A stretch of DNA of 64,000 nucleotides from a bacterium. GTDB taxonomy: Bacteria; CLD3; SB21. The stretch is from NCBI GenBank assembly GCA_013360215.1, contig JABWCP010000011.1, forward strand, positions 1-64,000, written 5' to 3'. The notes below the pieces were generated by a model. It worked only from the letters and a program-made list of their open reading frames with translations. It did no database searches and was not told where the DNA came from. Both the position numbers and the translations under genes were made by a program. Each line of letters opens with the position of its first letter. Within the stretch, counting starts at the first letter, position 1. Positions 41,218 to 49,256 of the stretch are shown here, piece after piece.

Positions 41218-41434
41218 AGATTTATTTAAACTAAACATTTACAATATAAACATATAACTGTTTAAATTTATTTTAAGGGTTATATAAAACTGCTTTGATC
41301 CAATCCACTCAGGTGTTCGATCATTAGGAAATGAAATGTGAATCAAGGAGAATGAAAAAAATTAGTTGGTATTCAGAGGATCAGCGGAGGCAAACAAGAT
41401 TCAATACACAAAAAATAAAAACACAAAGTAGAAT

Positions 41435-42079
41435 TTACTCGACTAATTTTTTTTGAATGGCGTAGCGGATAATTTCGGCATTAGATGTTAGATTCATTTT
41501 TTCAAGAATACGGTCTCGCATCGAATTAACCGTTTTGGGGCTGATGCTGAGTGCTTCACCGATCTCTTTGGGTGACAATCCTTGTGCGATCAAGCGCATA
41601 ACCTCGTATTCACGATCCGATAGATTGGTATGGGGTTCATCCGCTCCGGTATCTTTTTCAGCTAGGATCATGGCTACAGCTTTGGTGATAAATTTTTTTC
41701 CGGCCTTTACTGTACGAATTGCTTCGACCAGCTCGTCCGATGCGACGGATTTATTGATATATCCCATAGCGCCTAGGCGAATCGCACGTTCGGCGTATTG
41801 GCTTTCCGGATAAGCCGTTAGTATCAGAACCGGTAATTGAGGTCTTATCATACGCACCTGTTTGAGTGCTTCTAATCCCGTGACACCTGGCATCGAAATG
41901 TCCATCAACGCGACATCAAATATTTCCGTCTGAATGCAGCCAATTAATTCGTCGGCATTCGACGCGTGTGTGATGTGGCAACGCGGATAACGTTCTAGTA
42001 CCGTTTCGGCAAGGCCTTTGCGTACGATAGCGTGATCATCAGCAATAAGAATGCAAGCTATGGGAGCGGGCTGTTCCAT
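41435..42079 (-). CDS. NarL/FixJ (LuxR-HTH) family DNA-binding response regulator, UvrY/GacA-like
   Basis: IADDHAIVRKGL, DISMPG..GL, GA.GYINK and LSDREYEV..LIAQG…IS.KTV. Confidence 0.92.
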   Translation of the reverse strand: MEQPAPIACILIADDHAIVRKGLAETVLERYPRCHITHASNADELIGCIQTEIFDVALMDISMPGVTGLEALKQVRMIRPQLPVLILTAYPESQYAERAIRLGAMGYINKSVASDELVEAIRTVKAGKKFITKAVAMILAEKDTGADEPHTNLSDREYEVMRLIAQGLSPKEIGEALSISPKTVNSMRDRILEKMNLTSNAEIIRYAIQKKLVE

Positions 42080-42087
42080 AATGTGGT

Positions 42088-45000
42088 TTACGAAATGGGG
42101 TTAATAATTGGCAGAGATACATGTACTACGGTACCTTTACCTTGTTCGCCGGAGATTGTGATTTCGCCTTGTAAATGTTGAATACGTTCACGCATGCCCA
42201 CAAGACCCAATGAATGGGGGCTGTTGAGTTGTACTTTGGTAATACCTTTTCCGTTGTCGCGAATAATGAGATGAAGATGTTCATGTTCGGCGAAAAACTC
42301 AATAACGACTTCCGTAGCTTCGGCATGGCGCATCACGTTCGTCAGTGTTTCCTGAAAAATACGAAACAGCGCAGTGCCTTGCTCATTGGTGACCGGTGTA
42401 TCGCCTTGTTCCAGATAACAACGGCACTGAAGGCCCGTACGCTTTTCAAATTCCGATGCTTGCCATTCGATGGCGGCCGAAACACCGAGATCGTCCAGAA
42501 GTCCCGGACGCAATTCGCTGGCAATTCGCTGGACACTTTTAACGGTGGCGTCGATGAGTGAACTCATCGTGTTAGATTTTTCTTTGAGGGAAGGGTCTTC
42601 AGGGAGGCGTTTTTGTATCCAGGAAAGATCCATTTTCAGTGCGGTCAGTTGTTGACCCAGTTCATCATGCACTTCGCGCGAAATCCGCGTACGCTCTTCT
42701 TCACGGACCCGAACCAAGTGATCGGAGAGATCGCGCAGCTGTTTAGTGCGCTCTTCGACCCTCTTTTCCAATTCGTCATGCGCATGCTGCAATTCATCTT
42801 TCTTCTGATTTAAAGCTGCCGTGCGTTCGATTACGATACCTTCAAGTCTGCGGTTCATCGCTTCAATATTGCGTACACGAGCGGAATAAGCAAATAGTAA
42901 AATTCCAATCAGCGCGGCAAATAAGATCGTTCGGAACCACCACGTTTCCCAATACGGCGGGCGGATCACAATCGGAAAACGAAGACCGTCGCTATTCCAA
43001 ATCTGATCGTGATTGGAAGCGCGGACCAGGAGCGTGTAATTTCCCGGATCAATGTCCGTATATTTTACGATGCGATTTTTTCCTGTTACAAAATTCCAAT
43101 TTTCATCAATACCATCCAGTTTGTAGGCGTATTGATTTTTTTCGGGGACATAAAAATTGAGTGCGGAAAAGGAAAAGCTAAAAAAATTCTGATCATAATC
43201 TAAATGAAGATCGTGTTTGTAAGGAATGCTTGTATCCAATTTAGTGGGTTTGTCAAAAAGCCTGAAATCCGTAAGCGCTAGTCGCGGTGCTTGTTCGTGA
43301 GGTACGATAGCGCGCGGATGAAAGATATTAAATCCATTAACACCGCCAAATAGAAATTCGCCTTCACGCGTGCGAAGGCAAGCATTCGGTTCAAATTGAT
43401 CAGCTTGTAAACCGTCATCGGATGTATAAACAGTAAAAACGCGGGAAGTATCGGATTTTGTTTGCATCCGAATAATACCGCGATTACTGCTCAGCCACAG
43501 ATTGTCATTTTCATCGCCGATAATACCGTAAATGACATTGTTAGGCAAACCGTCTTTACGGGTGATGCGTTGAAATTTCTGTGTAAGTGGATCAAAGCGA
43601 TTTAACCCGTTAGCCGTGCCGATCCATAGATAACCTGACTTATCCTGATAGATGCTATATACGTGGTTATCTGAAATCGTGAAGGCATCCGCCGTGTTTT
43701 TGGAAAACGTCATAAATTGTTCGGTTTGTCGATCAAAACACATCAAGCCCCGCAGTTGTGTGCCAATCCATAGTTTTCCTCTGTTGTCCATATAGAGTAT
43801 TGTTAACATCTCATGTCGGATATTCTGATCTCCTAATTTGGTTACTCCATAGGTTTTAAATTGCTCATTTTTTGGGTCATATCGCACAAGTCCGTTGCGA
43901 TAAGTTGCAATCCAGATGAACCCTTCGTTGTCTTCGACAATGTCATATACGCGGTTGGCAGTAAATTGACCTTGCGTCGTCGAACGGCGATAGGATTTCA
44001 TTGTCCTACGTGCAGGATCATAACATTGCAGCCCACTCTGATGCGTACCGATCCATATTTTACCGGAGCGATCTTCGAAAACGCGGTGTATTTGACGATC
44101 TCTCAGTGCATCGGAACTATCGGGACTATATCGCAAATGTTCAAAACGATCCGTAGTGCGGTCCCACCGCGAAATGCCGTCATCCGTACTGATCCAGATT
44201 GAACCATCGTCGCTTTCGGTGAAGCTGCGTACTACATTATGGATCAGACTGTGCGGATCCAACGGGTTTTTTTTGTAGTGAACAAAACGCGGCTCCATTC
44301 CGCTGATTTGTGTTACACCATTGGAATACGTACAAACCCAGACGATGCCGTCGGTAGATTGGTAAATATCATAAATATACTCATCGGTAAAAATGGCCGG
44401 CTGATTAGGCGTGTTGCGGAAATTAAGAAATGTGTCGCCGGTCATCAAGTTAATGCCGCCTTCGGTGGTACCTATCCACAATCGGCCATAGGCGTCGCGT
44501 AGAATCCGGCGAACACGGTTGTGGCTTATAGTGTTTGGGTTCTTATTTTCAAACGTAAAAAATTCCCATTGTTTCGTTGTGCGGTCAATTTTCCCCAGCC
44601 CTTGCGGTGTACAAACCCATAAGGTATTACCTCTGTCTATCGGATCTTCATACACATCCCAAATCGTACTAAAATTGAAATGAGGGGGCACAACCAGATC
44701 GTCATATATCTTTGAAAATTTATTGGTCTCCGTATCCATTACGCAGAGACCGCCGGCAGTTGTTCCGATCCAAAGTTTTTTTTCTGCCGTGCCACCTGCG
44801 TTATGAACTTGGCAAATTGCTCGAATCAAATTGGATGATACACTTTTGCTATCGTTGGGGTTGTGTAAGAATGACTCGAAATCCGTTGGATTGGTTTGCC
44901 GTAACTTATTGAGCCCTACGTGCGTGCCGATCCACAATGTGCCGTAACTGTCTTGATATAATACATTGATATTATTATTGCTGATAGATGTCGGCTGCAT

Positions 45001-45390
45001 CGGGTCATGAAAAAACTTTTCGAAGCGGCCTGTGATGGGATCAAAACGGTTGAGTCCGTCTTCCGTTCCGACCCAAATACGTCCGTCTCGATCTTCGAGC
45101 AATGCCGTTACATAATTGTGAGAAATGGAAAAACTGTCGTTTTCGTCGTGCTGAAAGACAAGGAATTCATACCCGTCAAAGCGGTTGAGGCCTTCGCGTG
45201 TACCAAACCACATAAATCCGTCCCTGGTCTGAAGCGCGCATGTTACCAGATTTTGAGATAATCCATCTTCGAGCGTATAGGATCGCACCTGGAAATGGCG
45301 TTGTGGTTTAGCGTCTCCGCCTTGGACGGCGTAACCACAAACCATGATCCATATGCACAATACCGTTGCAAAACGACGCCGTGGGGACAT
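42088..45390 (-). CDS. Sensor histidine kinase: periplasmic Reg_prop beta-propellers + Y_Y_Y + TM + HisKA_3 + HATPase
   Basis: Many (I/L)WIGT..GL..F repeats, YAYKL.G.D..W…YT..DPG.Y, ERTRISREVHDELGQQL, QETLTNV.RHA and DNGKG. Confidence 0.92.
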   Translation of the reverse strand: MSPRRRFATVLCIWIMVCGYAVQGGDAKPQRHFQVRSYTLEDGLSQNLVTCALQTRDGFMWFGTREGLNRFDGYEFLVFQHDENDSFSISHNYVTALLEDRDGRIWVGTEDGLNRFDPITGRFEKFFHDPMQPTSISNNNINVLYQDSYGTLWIGTHVGLNKLRQTNPTDFESFLHNPNDSKSVSSNLIRAICQVHNAGGTAEKKLWIGTTAGGLCVMDTETNKFSKIYDDLVVPPHFNFSTIWDVYEDPIDRGNTLWVCTPQGLGKIDRTTKQWEFFTFENKNPNTISHNRVRRILRDAYGRLWIGTTEGGINLMTGDTFLNFRNTPNQPAIFTDEYIYDIYQSTDGIVWVCTYSNGVTQISGMEPRFVHYKKNPLDPHSLIHNVVRSFTESDDGSIWISTDDGISRWDRTTDRFEHLRYSPDSSDALRDRQIHRVFEDRSGKIWIGTHQSGLQCYDPARRTMKSYRRSTTQGQFTANRVYDIVEDNEGFIWIATYRNGLVRYDPKNEQFKTYGVTKLGDQNIRHEMLTILYMDNRGKLWIGTQLRGLMCFDRQTEQFMTFSKNTADAFTISDNHVYSIYQDKSGYLWIGTANGLNRFDPLTQKFQRITRKDGLPNNVIYGIIGDENDNLWLSSNRGIIRMQTKSDTSRVFTVYTSDDGLQADQFEPNACLRTREGEFLFGGVNGFNIFHPRAIVPHEQAPRLALTDFRLFDKPTKLDTSIPYKHDLHLDYDQNFFSFSFSALNFYVPEKNQYAYKLDGIDENWNFVTGKNRIVKYTDIDPGNYTLLVRASNHDQIWNSDGLRFPIVIRPPYWETWWFRTILFAALIGILLFAYSARVRNIEAMNRRLEGIVIERTAALNQKKDELQHAHDELEKRVEERTKQLRDLSDHLVRVREEERTRISREVHDELGQQLTALKMDLSWIQKRLPEDPSLKEKSNTMSSLIDATVKSVQRIASELRPGLLDDLGVSAAIEWQASEFEKRTGLQCRCYLEQGDTPVTNEQGTALFRIFQETLTNVMRHAEATEVVIEFFAEHEHLHLIIRDNGKGITKVQLNSPHSLGLVGMRERIQHLQGEITISGEQGKGTVVHVSLPIINPIS

Positions 45391-45502
45391 TTGAAAAAAG
45401 ATTAATGAATTGAGATCGGTGTAGTGAAAACTAATCGAAAAGAGTCGAAAAAAAAAGTGAAAAAATATTATTTAATCCGTGCCTGATTTGTAACGTCAAA
45501 AT

Positions 45503-45976
45503 CTATTTTTTAGGACCGATGCGCGTAAGTAATAAACCGGTGGCTACGGTGTCTCCGTCTTGGTCACGGATATCAACCCGTACGGAGATGTCGCGCGTTT
45601 CGGCTGTCGCCACGATCTCGGTTTGGCATTCTCCAACAAGTGTACCCCGTGCCTTTTTTTGATAATCCACCGCGATATTTTTTACGATAAAACGCGCATC
45701 CTCCGGTAATCCGCATACCAACGCAAGATTGCCGGTGTATTCCGCGAGGTTAGCAAGAGCAATGGCATGTATCGAACGCAGATGGTTGCGCACTTTACGC
45801 CGATCCCGTAATAAAACACGCGCATAACCGGGTTTGAGTTCTAAAACGCGGGCTGATATGCTCCCGGTGTAGGGTATGTAGCGGTTGACAAAACAACTGA
45901 ATATCAAGGCACCCAATGGAAGTTTATTCAAAAATAACCATTGACGGTGTATAGCGTTGCGTCCTTCAGTTTGCAT
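45503..45976 (-). CDS. Hotdog-fold thioesterase-like protein (DUF4442/PaaI-like)
   Basis: PYTGSI, RNHL.SIHAIALANLAE and DYQKKARG. Confidence 0.85.
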   Translation of the reverse strand: MQTEGRNAIHRQWLFLNKLPLGALIFSCFVNRYIPYTGSISARVLELKPGYARVLLRDRRKVRNHLRSIHAIALANLAEYTGNLALVCGLPEDARFIVKNIAVDYQKKARGTLVGECQTEIVATAETRDISVRVDIRDQDGDTVATGLLLTRIGPKK

Positions 45977-46113
45977 AAATCGTTATCGGGGTTTAGATGA
46001 AATACAATTCCATTCAGTTCATATACTTATTGTAAAGGAAATCCGACTAAATTCCAATTGAATTGTGTCTGTGAAAAGACTACTTTACGCGCGAATTTAA
46101 AGAAAATGTTAAT

Positions 46114-47703
46114 ATGAAGAAAATCGATTTTTTAGATTGGTCACTTGACGCTTGGTTTTTAGCGTTATGTTTGATGTTGTGTTTAACATGTATGGCCTTC
46201 AGTTGTTCATTGAACGCACAGGAAAAAGACACGGTTATTTTGCGCGACTCCGCTGTAACCGAGGGCGACAGCGTGGACACGTTTAATGCCACAGTACAGA
46301 ATGTGGTGAATGAAACTCGACGTATCGTCAAACGACGCGCCCAAGCCGCATCGCGTTTTCTGAACGAACGCTACATCATCGTCATTGACCCAGGCCATGG
46401 CGGCACAAAGTACATAGACAAAGGGAATTCGGCCAAATTGGATGGCATCGAATACCACGAAAAAGACATGATGTTTGAATATGCACAGCTAGTGGAGAAA
46501 AAATTAGCCGCGGCAGGATATGAAGGACTGCGAAAAACGAAAGAAGCGGCGGATGATTCGTCGCTATCCATTTACACGCGTGCCGGTCGTGCGGCCAAAT
46601 TCGGAAAAGATGCAGGCAAAAAAGTTCTTTTTGTCAGCCTCCACTGGAATAATTTTGAAGATCCTTCGGTCGGCGGTACGGAGATATATATCAAAGAAAG
46701 TCAAAATTACAAAAGTCGTAAATTGGCGGAATTTCTGCGCGGTTCGATGAGTCATATTTTACAAATGCACGGTGCCGGTCAAAATATTACGGGTATCGTC
46801 GAACGCGATTATCGTGTGCTGCGCGAAATGGATACCGGTGTTTTGATCGAAATCGGGTACGCAAGCAACCCCGGCGACCTCCGAAAGATGCTGTCACAAA
46901 AAGACGAGATTGCCACCGCTATTGTCAATGGCATTGATGCGTTTGCGGAATATATGCAGGAACAAGAGGCGCAAAAACAAATGCCCAATGATGATCCCAA
47001 AAAAGCGGCTGAGGATGCCAAGTTAGCCGAAATCCCGAGCATCCCGTTTGGATGGTCCTGGCGCAAAAAAGATATTAGCGCCGATGTGGATCATCTGATG
47101 AAACGTTACGACGGGATGTACGAAAAGGTCACCACTGAAAAAGAAATTTACCTGACGTTTGACTGCGGTTGGGAAAACGGCTATACGCCGAAAATATTAG
47201 ATGTGCTGAAAGCCAACGAAGTCAAGGCCGCGTTTTTCATTACCGGCGGATATTTGAAGTCGGCAGAGGATGTCGTGGCGCGTATGGTGCAGGAAGGTCA
47301 TATCGTCGGCAATCATTCTGTCAACCACCTCAGCATGCCGCAGCTCAAAGTGCGGGAGATGAAGCGGGAGATTCTTGGTTTAGAGCAGGATTTTTATGAT
47401 CTTTTTGAAATGAAAATGAATTATTTCCGTCCGCCCAGCGGCGAATGGAGTCGTCGTTCGCTGGCCGTGACCCAGGCGCTGGGATATAAGACCGTATTTT
47501 GGTCGTTTGCGTACGATGATTGGGATGTGCAGGCACAACATGGGCGGGATTATGCATACAAAAAAATCACCCAAAATGTTCGCCCCGGCGTCATTATTCT
47601 GTTGCATGCGGTATCAAAGGATAATTTTGAAGCATTAGACGCCGTGATCAAAGATCTGCGCAAAGACGGTTATGTATTTAAGAGTTTGGATGAAATCAAA
47701 TAA
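46114..47703 (+). CDS. Fusion of N-acetylmuramoyl-L-alanine amidase (Amidase_3) and PdaA-type peptidoglycan MurNAc deacetylase
   Basis: Amidase Zn/catalytic motifs IDPGHGG, EKD, VSLHWN and VLIEIGY. C-terminal domain KEIYLTFDCGWENGYTPKILDVLK…GHIVGNHS..H…RPP.G…GYKTVFWS…LLHAVSKDN.EALD..I.DL.K.GY.FKS. Confidence 0.88.
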   Translation: MKKIDFLDWSLDAWFLALCLMLCLTCMAFSCSLNAQEKDTVILRDSAVTEGDSVDTFNATVQNVVNETRRIVKRRAQAASRFLNERYIIVIDPGHGGTKYIDKGNSAKLDGIEYHEKDMMFEYAQLVEKKLAAAGYEGLRKTKEAADDSSLSIYTRAGRAAKFGKDAGKKVLFVSLHWNNFEDPSVGGTEIYIKESQNYKSRKLAEFLRGSMSHILQMHGAGQNITGIVERDYRVLREMDTGVLIEIGYASNPGDLRKMLSQKDEIATAIVNGIDAFAEYMQEQEAQKQMPNDDPKKAAEDAKLAEIPSIPFGWSWRKKDISADVDHLMKRYDGMYEKVTTEKEIYLTFDCGWENGYTPKILDVLKANEVKAAFFITGGYLKSAEDVVARMVQEGHIVGNHSVNHLSMPQLKVREMKREILGLEQDFYDLFEMKMNYFRPPSGEWSRRSLAVTQALGYKTVFWSFAYDDWDVQAQHGRDYAYKKITQNVRPGVIILLHAVSKDNFEALDAVIKDLRKDGYVFKSLDEIK

Positions 47704-47719
47704 AGAACGATGAGAGCGA

Positions 47720-48460
47720 ATGGGTACACATGATCAAACGGCGGATGCCGTACTCCCCAAACCGGAAGAAAAAAAACAATACGTACGCGCCATGTTTGAC
47801 GGCGTGGCGTCAAAGTATGACTTTCTCAATCATTTATTGAGTCTCGGTATTGATATTTATTGGCGCCGTCGTGCCCTGAAACTGATCAATTTTTCGATGA
47901 ATCCGAAATTGCTGGATTTAGCCACCGGCACGGGCGATGTGGCGATCATGGCTATACGTATGGGTGCGCAACATGTGTACGGTGTGGATTTATCGGAAGG
48001 GATGTTGGCCTACGGGCGAAAAAAAATCGAAAAAGAAAAAATGACGGATGCGATCGATATGATCTGTGGTGAGGGCGAACGCATACCGATGGAAGATGCG
48101 TGTGTGGACGCTTCGACGATCGCTTTCGGCATTCGTAATGTCGTGGATATCCCGCAAACGCTGCGCGAAATGGCGCGTGTGACCAAAACATCGGGCATGA
48201 TCGTGGTGCTCGAGTTTTCCCAACCGCAATGGCCGGTGATGAAGCAGTTGTACCAATTCTACTTTACGCAAGTTCTTCCGCGCATTGGTTCTCTCTTTTC
48301 CAAAGATAAAAAGGCGTATCATTATTTGCCGGCGTCGGTGATGCGTTTCCCGGCACGTGACGAGTTTGCTCACATGATGGAACAAGCCGGCTATACCAAC
48401 GTTCGTCATTTTGATATGACGCTGGGTATCGTGACAGTTTATTCCGGCATCAAATTGTAA
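47720..48460 (+). CDS. ubiE: Demethylmenaquinone methyltransferase (UbiE/MenG)
   Basis: MFD.VA.KYD.LNH.LS.GID..WR, LDLATGTGD, AFGIRNV, VLEFS and AY.YLP.SV. Confidence 0.93.
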   Translation: MGTHDQTADAVLPKPEEKKQYVRAMFDGVASKYDFLNHLLSLGIDIYWRRRALKLINFSMNPKLLDLATGTGDVAIMAIRMGAQHVYGVDLSEGMLAYGRKKIEKEKMTDAIDMICGEGERIPMEDACVDASTIAFGIRNVVDIPQTLREMARVTKTSGMIVVLEFSQPQWPVMKQLYQFYFTQVLPRIGSLFSKDKKAYHYLPASVMRFPARDEFAHMMEQAGYTNVRHFDMTLGIVTVYSGIKL

Positions 48461-48480
48461 ACGTTTTTTTGGAGAACACT

Positions 48481-49110
48481 ATGCTGATCGAAAAAAAAGT
48501 AACAGAATTTTTAGATGAATTGGCCTCGTCGGCGCCTGCGCCCGGGGGAGGCAGTGTAGCCGCGTTGGCCGCGGCTCTGGGGACGGCACTCACAGCGATG
48601 GTCGCGCAGCTTACGATCGGAAAAAAGAAATATGCCGATGTCGAACCTATCATGCAGGAGATCAGCCGTAAAGCGGAAACCCTGCGCCGTGATGCAACAG
48701 CCCTGATTGATAAAGATACGATTGCATTTAATGCCGTGATGGCCGCATTTGCCATGCCCAAAGAAACCGACGAACAAAAACAAGCGCGCGCGTCGGCCAT
48801 CGAAAGTGCGACACAAAACGCAACGCGTATTCCTCTGGATGTTATGAAGTTGTGCGCAGCCGCAATCGGGTTGACCCATACGGTCGTTACGCGCGGCAAT
48901 ACTAACGCCCTCAGCGACGGCGGCGTCGGTGCGCTGATGCTGCAGGCCGCTTGCCGCGGTGCTTATTATAATGTGATGATCAATTTGGGCGGACTCAAGG
49001 ATGCGGCATTTGTATCGGCGACCCAATCGGAAGCGCAAATTACCATGAAAACCGTGGATGATGCGGCGCTTGCGATCAGTCAACACGTAGGCAATCAGTT
49101 CGGCGTATGA
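48481..49110 (+). CDS. Cyclodeaminase/cyclohydrolase family protein (FTCD C-terminal domain)
   Basis: FLDELAS.APAPGGGSVAAL, LTIGKKKY, ID.D..AF..VM.A..MPK and GN.NA.SD. GGAG SD precedes ATG 48481. Confidence 0.92.
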   Translation: MLIEKKVTEFLDELASSAPAPGGGSVAALAAALGTALTAMVAQLTIGKKKYADVEPIMQEISRKAETLRRDATALIDKDTIAFNAVMAAFAMPKETDEQKQARASAIESATQNATRIPLDVMKLCAAAIGLTHTVVTRGNTNALSDGGVGALMLQAACRGAYYNVMINLGGLKDAAFVSATQSEAQITMKTVDDAALAISQHVGNQFGV

Positions 49111-49256
49111 ATTTAGATACGATACTTTTTTTTATTGTCGTTGTCGGACTGTTGTCGTTTACGTTTTTGATTTATATCGGTCGTAAAAGAAAAAAAAGTA
49201 TAGGCGCGCGTAAAGAACGCATCAAAAACCAATGGCGTAACCGCCTTGAGGAATGA
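49107..49256 (+). CDS. Small single-pass membrane protein, 49 aa (MNLDTILFFIVVVGLLSFTFLIYIGRKRKKSIGARKERIKNQWRNRLEE)
   Basis: Translated by hand. Fills the intergenic gap exactly with ATGA overlaps at both ends. TM helix followed by a basic tail. Confidence 0.75.
   Translation: MNLDTILFFIVVVGLLSFTFLIYIGRKRKKSIGARKERIKNQWRNRLEE

Noticed and set aside
41220-41456. CsrB/RsmY-like sRNA (four GGA motifs) or a 34-aa ORF (41352-41456) downstream of the GacA-like box
   Set aside because: The GGAs are few and not clearly in hairpin loops, and there is no terminator. The ORF's SD is only 1 nt from the ATG and it runs antisense into the regulator gene.
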